From NCBI GenBank assembly GCA_965205265.1, contig CBDBGH010000003.1, forward strand, positions 2,528,001-2,592,000: a stretch of 64,000 nucleotides of DNA, read 5' to 3'. The notes below the pieces were generated by a model. It was not told where the DNA came from and ran no database searches. It saw only the letters and a list, made by a program, of their open reading frames with translations. Shown here piece after piece: positions 37,506 to 47,542 of the stretch. The translations under genes and the position numbers were made by a program. The DNA is from Alphaproteobacteria bacterium. GTDB lineage: Bacteria > Pseudomonadota > Alphaproteobacteria > Bin95. Each line of letters begins with the position of its first letter. Positions within the stretch are counted from its first letter, which is position 1.

Positions 37506-39641
37506 TCACAGCCACTCCGGGGGCCGTTCGCCATGCGGCCCGGCCTCCGCCGGCGGGTCTCCCGCGTCCGAACCCTCTTCCGGAGGGCCGTCCTGCGGCG
37601 CGGGGCCGCCGGTTGCCGTTGCCGGGACCGGCGCCGGGGTATCGGTTTCCGGCGCCTGCCCGTCCGCCTCCCGCGCCGCACCGGCCTCTCCCGGCAGCGG
37701 CACGGGCGCCAGCTCGCCCTGGCGCGCGACCGCGTCCCGCGCGTCTTCCCGCGCCGACGGCGGGCGTTCCCGGCCGGGACCCGCTTCGCCCGGCAGCGCG
37801 GGGATCGCGACGACGTTACCGCCGCAGGGCGCAGCGTCCGGGGCCGACGGCGCGATACCGGCCTCTCCGCAGCCGCCGCCGGGGGCATCCGCGCTCCCTT
37901 CGGCGCGCCCCACGAATCGTTCCGCCGCCTTCGGCCGGGCGACGTATTTCAGGCGAATGGCGGCGACCGGGAAGGGGCCGGGGAACTTGAGATAGCCTTC
38001 GAGGTTGGGCAGGCGCATGATCTCGGAAGGGAGCGCCAGCGCCCGGAGCTCGCGGCGCGGCGTCAGGCTCACCCCGTCGCGGATGGTGTTGGCGCCGTAG
38101 CTGAACCCCTCGGAGACCTCCTCGATTTCGCTGCGGCCGAGGCTGTCCGCGGACCACTGCGCGGTGTCGCGATCGGGTGCGGCCAGCACGACGCGGGTGC
38201 CGCAGAGGCCGGAGATGGTCTCGGCGCCGTTGCGGCCGTAGAGGTCGCGCAAGGCCGAGGCGACCTGGACGCCGAGCACGAAGCAGCCGCCGAACTGGCG
38301 CGACTCGGCAAGTCCCGGCTGGAGCGACGGCACCTGGTGCAGGGTCGGCAACTCGTCGAGGATGATCCAGATCCGCCGTCCGTCGTCCTGGGAGAGCGAC
38401 AGCATGGCGTTGACCGCAATCTCCAGCCAGGTCGAGATCAGGCCGCGCAGAGACGCGTGCTGGTCGCCGCGCGAGGTGAGGAACAGGAACCCGTCCCGCT
38501 CCTCGTCACCGATCCACTCGCGGATCGAGAACGGCTTGCCCTCGTCCGGCAGGAACTCCAATGCGGACAGGTTCGCGGTCAGCATGGCGCGCACGCTGAG
38601 CGCGGTCTTGGGATTGTCGGGATCGACGATCGACTGGGCGACCGTGCCCTCCATGGCCTCGGCGAGCGCGGTCAGGTCGGTCTTGAGCAGATGGTCGACC
38701 AGGACCCGGTTCTCCGTGATGCCCTTCTGGCGCAGCACGCCGGCGCCGTTGGAGAAGAGCTGGCGGGCGGCGGTGACCCAGAACGGGTCCACCGTGTCCT
38801 TCTGCTGCGGGATGAGCGCCGCGGCCATCATGTCGAAGTCGCGCGGGTTGCGCGCCTCCAGGAAGGGCGACCAGCGCGGCGCGCGGGCGTCCAGCGGGTT
38901 CAGCAGCACGTCCCGCTCAGCATCGAAGAAGGCGCGGGTGTAGGAGCCCATCTTGTCGTAGAGGACGCAGCGCTCGCCCCGGCTGCGGATCTGCGAGACC
39001 AGGTCGGAGATCAACACGGTCTTGCCCGAGCCCGTGGTGCCCGAGACGATGGTGTGCTGGGTCTCGGTGCGCTCGGGATACGGGATGCCGGCGATCGCGT
39101 AGGACCGGAGGCTCCTGCCGCCCGGGAGGGCGCCCAGGAACCGTTCATGGGGCGATTGCAGCCGCCTCCGGAGCTCTCCGGCGGTCACCATCTCGGCGCC
39201 CCGGATGCGCTTCTGGCGGCCGAGCTGGGCGCCCCGGACCCAGAACACGACGAGGAACAGCCCGATCAGCCCGGCGCCGGCCGCAGCCCCGAGCCCTGCG
39301 CTGGCGAACATCTCGTCCCTGATCCGCTCCCGCGCCTGCCGGGCCCGGATGGAGGCGGCGATATCGCGGATGCGCAATACGCGCCGCGTGCCGTCTTCGA
39401 ACCGGACCTCCTGGCCCGAGTCCGGCTCGTAGCCGAGCGTCAGCTTGACCTCGGCCAGCGTCACCATGCCGGCGGCGTACCACTCCGCCCCCGTCGTGCG
39501 GTGCCACAGCGTCCAGGCCGGCACGGCGACGGTGGTGAAGGCGGCGAACAGCATCGCCGCGCGGAACAGCTGCCCCCACATGCGGATCGCGTGGAAGACG
39601 GTCTGGCCGCCCCGGAGCGTGCTGCCGCCGATGCCGCGCAT
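37506..39641 (-). CDS. traD: Type IV coupling protein TraD
   Basis: Two N-terminal TM helices, GTTGSGKT, NPLDAR, ILDELP, SRQFGG. Confidence 0.95.
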   Translation of the reverse strand: MRGIGGSTLRGGQTVFHAIRMWGQLFRAAMLFAAFTTVAVPAWTLWHRTTGAEWYAAGMVTLAEVKLTLGYEPDSGQEVRFEDGTRRVLRIRDIAASIRARQARERIRDEMFASAGLGAAAGAGLIGLFLVVFWVRGAQLGRQKRIRGAEMVTAGELRRRLQSPHERFLGALPGGRSLRSYAIAGIPYPERTETQHTIVSGTTGSGKTVLISDLVSQIRSRGERCVLYDKMGSYTRAFFDAERDVLLNPLDARAPRWSPFLEARNPRDFDMMAAALIPQQKDTVDPFWVTAARQLFSNGAGVLRQKGITENRVLVDHLLKTDLTALAEAMEGTVAQSIVDPDNPKTALSVRAMLTANLSALEFLPDEGKPFSIREWIGDEERDGFLFLTSRGDQHASLRGLISTWLEIAVNAMLSLSQDDGRRIWIILDELPTLHQVPSLQPGLAESRQFGGCFVLGVQVASALRDLYGRNGAETISGLCGTRVVLAAPDRDTAQWSADSLGRSEIEEVSEGFSYGANTIRDGVSLTPRRELRALALPSEIMRLPNLEGYLKFPGPFPVAAIRLKYVARPKAAERFVGRAEGSADAPGGGCGEAGIAPSAPDAAPCGGNVVAIPALPGEAGPGRERPPSAREDARDAVARQGELAPVPLPGEAGAAREADGQAPETDTPAPVPATATGGPAPQDGPPEEGSDAGDPPAEAGPHGERPPEWL

Positions 39642-39838
39642 CACGCTCTCCCCGTCATCGGCCGGATCGCCGCCCGGAGATCGAGGAGGGCCGGGTGCCG
39701 GGCGAAGGCGGCCGGGCCGGAGAGGGCCTGTCCCGGCCCCCGGATCGAGTCCGGGGCAGGCTCCCGAGCCGGGAAGGCCGGAGCCCGCAGGGGCGCCGGG
39801 GATACCAATCTCCCGGATCGCCGGTATGATCGGAGGCC

Positions 39839-40237
39839 ATGAACATGACGAGAACAATCCCAGGCCCGGACTGCGATCCGGGCAACGACCGGTTCGCACC
39901 GCCGGCGCCGCACCGCGCGCCCCGGAGCACCCGGACCGAACGCGCCGTCGTGCTCGGCGGCTTCGCCGTGGCGGCGCTCTGGACCGCGGTTTCCGCCGCG
40001 CTCGGGTTCGGCGTGGAGACCGTGGGCGCCGCGTGGCTGGCCGCGGTCCTCTGGACGGTCCCCGCCAGCCTCGCCTGCGCACTCCGGCGCGGCATCCGCC
40101 GCCGCGACTGGTCCGCCTTCACCGGCTACACCCTTCCGGACGGCCGCGACGAGCGGATCGACTGGGCGACACGGACAGGTTCCTATGCCTGGGAGCCGAT
40201 CGCCGAGGAGCACGAGCGGCTGATGCGCGGCGACTGA
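39839..40237 (+). CDS. Small membrane protein convergent with traG (entry-exclusion candidate)
   Basis: Two hydrophobic helices; GGAGG RBS; the only plus-strand gene in the tra region. Confidence 0.6.
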   Translation: MNMTRTIPGPDCDPGNDRFAPPAPHRAPRSTRTERAVVLGGFAVAALWTAVSAALGFGVETVGAAWLAAVLWTVPASLACALRRGIRRRDWSAFTGYTLPDGRDERIDWATRTGSYAWEPIAEEHERLMRGD

Positions 40238-40263
40238 GCCCGGGACCGGTTTGCGGCCCGGCC

Positions 40264-43167
40264 TCACGGCGAAGCCTTTCCCCAGTCCCTCTCGTCCGCG
40301 GGCGGCGGCTCCGCCGCGCCGTCCGGCGCCGTGTTCTTCGCACTGCCGAACAGCTGCCCGGCGAGCCAGCCGCCGATGAAGGGCAGGTTCTCCGTCGCCT
40401 GTTGCTCGAACGGCTTGCTCCTCTCGGCGGCGACGCCGGCGCGGCCCTCCGCGGCCTCCTCCCGCGTCACGGTCTGCCGCGCCTCCCGGGCCGTGCCCGT
40501 CATGGTCATCTCGGTCTTCGTCTCGACCCGTTCCTCCATCGCCCCGGTCTCGACCGCGCCCGGGCGTGGCGCGCCCGACGCAGCCGCCCGGTCCCGCACG
40601 CCCGCCGACCAGCCGCCATACGCGGCCGCCGTCTCTCTTCCGTACGCATCGCGCAGCTCGCCCGTGGCGGCCTCGTACTCAGCCGCGCCGCCGACCGAAG
40701 CCGGGTCCGGCCCGGCGGGGGCCGGGAACTTCTCCGCGATGAAGGCGGCGGCGTGCTCCCGGAGCTGCTCGGCGCCCTCCGGGGTCTGGGGCGAGGCGAT
40801 GCGCATGGCCCCGGCGGCGCCGATGGCGCGCCCGTCCGCGCCCGGCCGCTCCGAGAGCCAGGCGAAGAAGGGCTGGCCGAGCTCGCGCTCGATGGCCTGG
40901 GCGTCGGAGCGCACCTGCGCGGCCTGCTCCGACCAGCTCTCGGATTCCTGGCGCGCCAGCGAGGCCCGCTCCTGGAACGTCCGCATGCGCGTCAGGTTGG
41001 CCGAGAGGCTCTCGTCGAGCCCCGCCATTTCGCTCATCCCCGTCCGGGTCGAGTAGCGGCGCGAGGCCTCGGCCACTTGGGACCAGGTCTCGGTCACGCC
41101 ATGCTGGCGGTCGTATTCCCTGATCCGGTTCCAGGCGTCGGACTCGATGGTCTGGCCGCGCCACATGGCGGCGCCGTCGGCGCCGATCTTGACGATCGCG
41201 TTCCAGCCGCCGCCCACCTTCGCCTCGGCGGTGAGGTTCATCGCCTGGTTCCTGGTCAGCCCGCCGATCTCGGCCAGTTTCTCGACATGGGAGTCGAGCT
41301 GCTGCGCCTGGCTCGACTCGCTCTCGGTGACGCCGCGCGCATAGGCTTCGCCCGTGCTGACGTCGTGGCTGTAGCGCTCGATCATCGCGGTCGCGTCGGT
41401 GACGGCGGCATTGCGCGCCATGCCGGCCTCCGCCGACCAGTGGCGCGAGAGGCCTCGGGCCTCCGCTGCGCGCTGTTCGTGCGAAGTCGCGAGGGATTCG
41501 GACAGCCGCACCCCGGCGGCGGGGATGCGGCTGGTGGCGGCGCCCATGTCGGCGATGGGCGTGCCTTCGCCGGCGACGGTGAACGCCGCGCCCGCCGGCG
41601 CGTAGCCGGTGTAGCGGTCGGTGTCGACGTGCATGGAGGTGCGGATCTGCCGGCCCTCCAGGGTCCCGAAGCGGTGGGTGTCGTAGCCGGTGTTGGCGAG
41701 GCTGAGGTTGCCGGTCGTGCCCTCGTGCGCGGCCGAGCTTGCCGCGTCCTGGCCGACCGCAAGCACGGACGTGGCCAGCACGGTCGCCTTCGACAGGCCG
41801 TAGGCGAGCGCGGCGGCGAGGAACGGCACCGACATCGAGAGGTAGCCCGACATCACCGCGACGTCCGACGCCACCGCCCTTATGCCGGCCTGCGCCACCA
41901 GCGAGATGCCGAAGTCGCCCCCCGGCATCGCCGCCGCCGCGGTCATGCGCTCGGCCGCCTCGCCCATCGAGATGCGGTGCAGGATGGCGTAGAGCGGCCC
42001 CCAGGACTGGAGCCAGATCAGTCCCGTCACGTAGGAGCGGAAGATCGGCAGCCCCGCCGGGGTCAGCATCAGCAGCACCGCCAGCGGGAAGGCGCCGACA
42101 TAGAGGCACTCGAAGACGATCCTCAAGAGCGGCACCCAGGTCTCGGCCTGCCGCCCGATCGCCCGGTAGGCCGAGACGGTCTGGGCTTCCGCCCTTGCTT
42201 CCGTATAGGCCCGCAAGGCGGCCGCGTTGCCGGCCTCGGCCGCCCACTGCTCGCCGGCGGCATGCAGCGCGTTCAGCACCATCTGCTGGCGCATGATTTC
42301 CGCCGCCGTGCGGGCGGCGCCGATCAGGAAGGTGTGCGCGGCCGGCAGGGCGGCGGTGAGCTCGGCCCGGGCCACCGCGTCGGTGGCGGAGTCGGGGAAC
42401 AGGCGCATGCCGAAGATGTCGCCGGCGCGCGTGAGCTCACCCGTCCACGCCGCATCCAGCCGCCCGGCCCCGTCGGCGCAGGTGACGATCTCGCGGGTGA
42501 CGGAGGTCGCCCCGGTGCCGGTGGTGGTTGCCCGCGCCGAGAACTCGAACATGCGCGCGGGCGAGGCCCCGGCCGACGGCGTGCCCACCGCGGTCACCAG
42601 GCGCCACACGTCGACCGACTCGCGCAGGTCGTCCGCCGTGATGTGGCCGAGCAGCAGCGCGTGGAAGACGCACTGGCGGGCGTAATTGCGCAGGTTGCGC
42701 GCGAACACCGCGTCCGTGACCTCCAGCCGTGTCGCGGCCGCGGCGAGCCTCGCCCCGAAGATCAGGCCGTGGCGCTGGTAGCGCAGGTCGTCCGGCAGGG
42801 TGAAGGCCTGTTCGGTGAGCCGGGTCAGCCCGTCGCCCACCTGGGAGGTGAGAGAGGCAAAGAGCGCCAGCCCGATGGGGACGTTCGCCACCACGGCCGG
42901 AGCCAGCGTGGGATCGAGCCGGTCGACCACCCGGACCGTCGCCCGGGGCACGATCATCGCGCCCCAGACGGCGACGAAGAGCAGCACCCACTTCGCGTTG
43001 TCCTTCCACGACCCTCCGAAGGCGGTGCGGAACAGCACCCAGGCGAGCCCCGCCACGCCCGCGAGCTGGGCGAGCGTCACATAGGCGCCGCCGCCGGTGA
43101 TCGCGGCGACGGCGTTCAGCAGATCGACCAGGTAGGCGCCGCCGCCTAGGGTGAAGAGCTCGAACAC
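40264..43167 (-). CDS. traG: Mating-pair stabilisation protein TraG (F-type)
   Basis: LFTLGGG..L..LNAVAA, VANVPIG, WLQSWGPLYAIL; multi-TM N-terminus, long C-terminus. Confidence 0.92.
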   Translation of the reverse strand: MFELFTLGGGAYLVDLLNAVAAITGGGAYVTLAQLAGVAGLAWVLFRTAFGGSWKDNAKWVLLFVAVWGAMIVPRATVRVVDRLDPTLAPAVVANVPIGLALFASLTSQVGDGLTRLTEQAFTLPDDLRYQRHGLIFGARLAAAATRLEVTDAVFARNLRNYARQCVFHALLLGHITADDLRESVDVWRLVTAVGTPSAGASPARMFEFSARATTTGTGATSVTREIVTCADGAGRLDAAWTGELTRAGDIFGMRLFPDSATDAVARAELTAALPAAHTFLIGAARTAAEIMRQQMVLNALHAAGEQWAAEAGNAAALRAYTEARAEAQTVSAYRAIGRQAETWVPLLRIVFECLYVGAFPLAVLLMLTPAGLPIFRSYVTGLIWLQSWGPLYAILHRISMGEAAERMTAAAAMPGGDFGISLVAQAGIRAVASDVAVMSGYLSMSVPFLAAALAYGLSKATVLATSVLAVGQDAASSAAHEGTTGNLSLANTGYDTHRFGTLEGRQIRTSMHVDTDRYTGYAPAGAAFTVAGEGTPIADMGAATSRIPAAGVRLSESLATSHEQRAAEARGLSRHWSAEAGMARNAAVTDATAMIERYSHDVSTGEAYARGVTESESSQAQQLDSHVEKLAEIGGLTRNQAMNLTAEAKVGGGWNAIVKIGADGAAMWRGQTIESDAWNRIREYDRQHGVTETWSQVAEASRRYSTRTGMSEMAGLDESLSANLTRMRTFQERASLARQESESWSEQAAQVRSDAQAIERELGQPFFAWLSERPGADGRAIGAAGAMRIASPQTPEGAEQLREHAAAFIAEKFPAPAGPDPASVGGAAEYEAATGELRDAYGRETAAAYGGWSAGVRDRAAASGAPRPGAVETGAMEERVETKTEMTMTGTAREARQTVTREEAAEGRAGVAAERSKPFEQQATENLPFIGGWLAGQLFGSAKNTAPDGAAEPPPADERDWGKASP

Positions 43168-43173
43168 AGGGCT

Positions 43174-44748
43174 TTACTGTGCGCCCGCCGCGCCGGCGCC
43201 GCCGCGCGAGAAGGCCAATGCGGCACGAAGATCGGCGCTGAGCGCGCCCGCGAGCTCGGTCTCGATCAGGCGCAGCTTCTCGACCACGGCGAGCGCCGTG
43301 TTGAGGCGCTGGAGGCCCTGGTGGCGGTGACGCGCGAGCGCGATGCGGTTCGCCCTCAGCCCCTCGCGCCATCTTTGGAGCTGCTCCCCGTCGGCGATGT
43401 CCAGCGTGCCGGCGCGCTCCTCCACCGTGCGGTGGAGGTCCGTGATCCAGACCTGCATCACGTCGAGCGCCACCGCCTCGGCGAGCGCGTCCATCTCCTG
43501 GTCGATCACCGCGCCCCGGTAGGCGGCGGCCGCGTTGGCGACCCGGTAGACCGGCAATGTCGTGAGGTTGACCAGTCCCAGCGCCGCTGCGGGCGGCGCG
43601 GTATCTGTCCTGACCGCGTCGACCAGATCGCGCAGCAGCCCGGCGACCCGCGCCCGGAAGCCCCGGTCGGTCGGGATGGTGACGGTGCCGAGCGCGGGGT
43701 TGAGGCAGAGGTCCGCCGTGTCGCAGCGGTAGACCGGAAGGGCGCCGTCGCCCTCCATCAGCGCCGCGACGGTGCGCCGGTCGAGCGCCAGCGGCTCCAG
43801 GATGCGCACGCGGGGTCCCCCGGTGTCGCCGTCGGAGACCGGCGCGGTCACGATCAGCGTACCCGTAATCGCCATGGCGAACTCGGCGAGCTGGGCGTCC
43901 CCCGACAGGAAGGACGACGCCCGGATCGCCTTCCAGGCATAGTTGACGTTGACCGGCACCTGGTCGGCCATGGCCCCCGAAGCCGATGCGAGCGTGGAGT
44001 TGCGCTTGCCGTCGGCGCCGCAGCCGTGCTTCGCCGCAGCGTAGTCCGAGAAAATGCCCTGGGACGTGCCGATGGCGGCGCAGATCGCGGACGAGGCGCG
44101 GTCGTTCTTGGACCACAGCGCGCCGACCAGCGCCTGGGCGGTCTCGCAGGAGTTGAGGTTTTGGGAGTTCACCCACTGCGCCAGCGCCCGGAGCTTGGCC
44201 ATGGTCTCGGCGATCACCGGCGAGATGGTCTCCAGCGCCAGCTCGAAGGCGAAGCCGGCGGCGTTCTGCGCCACCGCGCGGCCGAAGGCGATCAGCTGGT
44301 CGGAGTCGATGAAGGAGAAGGCGCCGGCGAAAGCGTCGATGCCGCCGCAGCCGGCCCGGAAGGAGGGCAGGTTGACGGTGGCGATCTGCTCCGAGCGCAC
44401 CGGCGAGCGCAGATAGAGGTTGCCGAGCGTCCAGTGTCCGGAGGCCTGGCCCTGGAAGGCGGTCGGGCCGGTGGTGTTGACCGCGGCCCCCTGCCAGAAC
44501 GTCTCCATCTCGCCCAGCACGTCGGCGCGGGCCGGCGCCGTCACTATGAGCAGAAGAGCGAACAGCAGCGCCGGGACGAGGGTCCCAGGGGTCCGGCCGG
44601 CCCCGGCGAACGAGATGCCCGCGACGGTCCGCGTGACGGCGATCCCTGTCCGGTGCGCGTCGGCCGCTCTTGCGGTGGCGGCCATCGGTTTCGCGCCTGC
44701 AATCCGGCCGAGACCGATTTCGTGGGGGTACGCGGGCTCAGTAGTCAT
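43174..44748 (-). CDS. traH: Pilus assembly protein TraH
   Basis: PSFRAGCGGIDAFAGAFSFI, NSCETA; start codon uncertain. Confidence 0.93.
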   Translation of the reverse strand: MTTEPAYPHEIGLGRIAGAKPMAATARAADAHRTGIAVTRTVAGISFAGAGRTPGTLVPALLFALLLIVTAPARADVLGEMETFWQGAAVNTTGPTAFQGQASGHWTLGNLYLRSPVRSEQIATVNLPSFRAGCGGIDAFAGAFSFIDSDQLIAFGRAVAQNAAGFAFELALETISPVIAETMAKLRALAQWVNSQNLNSCETAQALVGALWSKNDRASSAICAAIGTSQGIFSDYAAAKHGCGADGKRNSTLASASGAMADQVPVNVNYAWKAIRASSFLSGDAQLAEFAMAITGTLIVTAPVSDGDTGGPRVRILEPLALDRRTVAALMEGDGALPVYRCDTADLCLNPALGTVTIPTDRGFRARVAGLLRDLVDAVRTDTAPPAAALGLVNLTTLPVYRVANAAAAYRGAVIDQEMDALAEAVALDVMQVWITDLHRTVEERAGTLDIADGEQLQRWREGLRANRIALARHRHQGLQRLNTALAVVEKLRLIETELAGALSADLRAALAFSRGGAGAAGAQ

Positions 44749-45595
44749 GGCCGGACTCCAGGACGGTGAGGGCGTAGATCCGCTCGGCCATCTGGTCCTC
44801 GGCCATGACGCCGAAGCCGACCGGCAGGACCCGTTTCGTGGCGGTGTCGAACAGCACGAGCGCGGGGACGGGGGCGTTGCCGAGCCCGAGCCGGGCGGCG
44901 CGCCCGTTGTCGGCGACCGCCTCGGGCCAGCCCTCCAGCGCCTCGCCGGAGAGCGATACCGCGAGCACGTCGAGGCCGTGGCGCTGCGCGAAGGCGCGCA
45001 GCAGCGGGCCGAACACCCGACAGCCCGCGCAGCCGGCATGGCCGAGATAGATCAGCCCGTAGCGCTCCCCGAGCCGCGCCAGTGCGGCATCGCGGGTCTG
45101 TCGTCTCTCGTCCGACCAGACCTGCTTGGCGAGCGCGCCCACCGGGCGGCGCAGCGTGTAGTCGAGCTCCGGCGTCGCCCAGACCGTGCGCCGGAAGGCG
45201 TCGGAGAACGCCGCCGCCCGTTGCAGCGTCTCCTGCTGGAGGCGCAGATAGGCGGTGACGTTCTCCGTGGTGGGGTCGAGGATCGCCTCGGCCCGGGCCT
45301 CTTCCAGCGCCTTGCGCAGTTCAAGAATGCGTCGGGTCGCGCTTCCCGCTTCGGGAGCCGCGGGCGGCGGCGGAACGGGCTCGACCGCATTGTCCTCCGG
45401 CTCCTCCCGGTCGCAGTAGAAGTGCCACCCGAGCGAAGGACCGTATTCCGCCGCTTGCCCCGGACCCGATCCGGGGCACCAGGACCGCCATTCCCCGCCC
45501 GCCGCGGACGCGCCGAGCGCCGCCCAGACGCCGATCGCGGCAAGGACTCGTCCCACCGTGCGCCGGACGGCATGTTTCGCGGCGCGCGCCATCAT
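44738..45595 (-). CDS. traF: Pilus assembly thioredoxin-like protein TraF
   Basis: GWHFYCD, AILDPT.ENV, CAGC, VPALVL. Confidence 0.92.
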   Translation of the reverse strand: MMARAAKHAVRRTVGRVLAAIGVWAALGASAAGGEWRSWCPGSGPGQAAEYGPSLGWHFYCDREEPEDNAVEPVPPPPAAPEAGSATRRILELRKALEEARAEAILDPTTENVTAYLRLQQETLQRAAAFSDAFRRTVWATPELDYTLRRPVGALAKQVWSDERRQTRDAALARLGERYGLIYLGHAGCAGCRVFGPLLRAFAQRHGLDVLAVSLSGEALEGWPEAVADNGRAARLGLGNAPVPALVLFDTATKRVLPVGFGVMAEDQMAERIYALTVLESGHDY

Positions 45596-46764
45596 TGGCC
45601 CCGCCGGTAGAAGTCGCGGATGCGGGTGCGCATCGCCTCGCCGGTGTCGCCGGCGTCGGGCAGCGACACCGACGGCTCCCGCGATCCATCCATCACGTCC
45701 TGGGTGAACTCGGACAAGTCGAGGCGGGCGAAGTCGATGCCCTCGATCTCCGCGATGGTGAGGCCGCGGCAGCTCGACCAGCCGATGCCGAGCTGGCGGC
45801 GGCCCTGCTGCTGCAGGATGCGGCCGAGCTTGGAGCCGAACACGCACCAGGCCCGCGAGCGGCGGATGCAGGCGCCGAAGAAGGTGCGCTTCGAGCAGTA
45901 GCGGCCGAGATAGTGCGTGTTGCCGGCGTGGCGCTCTTCCGCCAGCTCGCGCTCGGAGGCCGAGCAGTTGCCGAGCCCGATCAGCAGCCCGCTGTTCTTG
46001 CAGCAGTTGGCGAGCCCGAACAGCTTGATGTGGCAGGCCCGGCGCTGGCCGGTGAAGAAGCGCATGTCGTCGCGGTCGAACTCCTCGCCGCCGAGCTCCA
46101 GCGCCATGTTGAGCCGCGTCGTCGCGTTCACGAAGCCGGTGTTCGACTGCGGCGAGACCGTCTCGCAGCCGGCGCCGACGCAATACCGCACCGACCCGCA
46201 GGACCCGCCGTCCTCCGCGTCCTGAAGATCCGCGCGGCAGTCCGCCGTGCTGCCGGAGGCGAGCCCGTCCGCGCGGTGTGCCGCCGATTGCGGCGACGCC
46301 GCGATAGTCTCCGAGCGCTGCACCAGCGGATCGTCCGCCGGCACGCTCGCCGAGGGACGGCTCGTGGTGCCCCGGATCACCGCGCGCCCCGCGACGCCGC
46401 CCGGATCGTCCGGATCGGCCAGCCGCGCGCGCCCCTCGTCCTGGAGGCTGCCCGCGCCGATGTTCCGTTCCGGCACATCGGTCCCGGCGTAGCCCGGCAC
46501 GTCGGCCGCGTTGGAGGCGTCCCGCGCGATGGTCCGCGCCGCCGCATTGCCCGCGTTGCCGATGTCGCGCGCCACTGCCCGGGGATCTCCTGCCCCGGAC
46601 TCCGACCCGGGGTCGTCCGCCCTGGCCGCCATCCCCGACACCACCCACAGCATCAGGCAGACCAGCGCGAACATCGCGGTCCACGTCAGCAGCCGCATGA
46701 CCCGCGTCCCGCGGTCCAGCGCAATCTCGACGCGATCGCGGAGAAGATCGGATCGTTCCGTCAT
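45592..46764 (-). CDS. traN: TraN (short form)
   Basis: Cys-rich C-terminus ANCCK, YLGRYC, CVFGSKLGRILQQQGRRQL, CRGLT, IDFARLDLSEF. Confidence 0.88.
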   Translation of the reverse strand: MTERSDLLRDRVEIALDRGTRVMRLLTWTAMFALVCLMLWVVSGMAARADDPGSESGAGDPRAVARDIGNAGNAAARTIARDASNAADVPGYAGTDVPERNIGAGSLQDEGRARLADPDDPGGVAGRAVIRGTTSRPSASVPADDPLVQRSETIAASPQSAAHRADGLASGSTADCRADLQDAEDGGSCGSVRYCVGAGCETVSPQSNTGFVNATTRLNMALELGGEEFDRDDMRFFTGQRRACHIKLFGLANCCKNSGLLIGLGNCSASERELAEERHAGNTHYLGRYCSKRTFFGACIRRSRAWCVFGSKLGRILQQQGRRQLGIGWSSCRGLTIAEIEGIDFARLDLSEFTQDVMDGSREPSVSLPDAGDTGEAMRTRIRDFYRRGQ

Positions 46765-47498
46765 GGCCGGTCTTCCCCTTCCAGTCGTTGCAGATGCCGG
46801 CGCGCCGCGTCGCGGGCGACGGCGCCCTCTTCGGCGACCGCCTCCAGCGCCGCCGCGAGGCCGATGTTGCCGCTCACCAGGTCATGCGGCGGCGCGGGAT
46901 CGTCGGCGCAGCCCCGGCTCCGGCAGGCCGGCACGCCGCCCGGCGCGACGACCACGGCAGGCACCCGCTCGATGCCGAACAGGCGGAACAGGCGCGGGTC
47001 GATGGCGACCCCGGCCTCCGCCCCGCCGAGGCGGGCGCCGATCCGCTTCGCCGTCGCGGGCAGCCCGCCTTCGCCAACCCCGCGCAGCACCAGGGGCGCG
47101 CCGGTCCGGGCCGCCTCGCGCGCCCACTGCCGCCAGCTCTCGGGCAGCACCGACAGGCTGGTGAAGATCAGGATTTCCGCCGTGCCGGAACGCGGCCCTG
47201 CAAGTTCGCCGGCGCGACGCTCGGCAGGAAGGGGCGCGGGCGATCCCGGTATGGTCTGCCTTGCAGTCTCGCCTGCGCGTTCCAGCGCGCGGTCGAGGAT
47301 CGAGCGCGTCCAGGCGCCGAGCGACTCCTCGTCATCGCCGCCCGCCCTGCGCAGGACCTCCTCGACCAGGCCAGCGGCAGCCGCATCGGTCGTGCCGGCG
47401 GGCGGCAATTCCTCTGCCCGCAGCGTTCCGAACCAGCCCGCCGCCAGCAATGTGCCGGTCAGGAACAGGACTCTCGAGGCTTGTCGGAAACGGCGCAT
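46761..47498 (-). CDS. trbC: Type-F pilus assembly protein TrbC
   Basis: IFTSLS.., LVLRG, IDPRLFRLFGIERVPAVV, SGNI. Confidence 0.9.
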   Translation of the reverse strand: MRRFRQASRVLFLTGTLLAAGWFGTLRAEELPPAGTTDAAAAGLVEEVLRRAGGDDEESLGAWTRSILDRALERAGETARQTIPGSPAPLPAERRAGELAGPRSGTAEILIFTSLSVLPESWRQWAREAARTGAPLVLRGVGEGGLPATAKRIGARLGGAEAGVAIDPRLFRLFGIERVPAVVVAPGGVPACRSRGCADDPAPPHDLVSGNIGLAAALEAVAEEGAVARDAARRHLQRLEGEDRP

Positions 47499-47542
47499 CG
47501 GGCTATCCTCGGTGTGGAAATTATCATTGTGTTTCAATGGGT

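Noticed and set aside
37506-40082. N-terminal extensions in the ORF track for TraD, the relaxase, TraF, TraB, TrbC and GDH
   Set aside because: The extensions overlap neighbouring genes or repeats; downstream starts with RBS or stop-start coupling fit better
33665-43149. Very long plus-strand ORFs (1441, 779 and 1234 aa; likewise 7659-11078)
   Set aside because: Antisense shadows of well-supported minus-strand genes in GC-rich DNA, with no recognisable motifs
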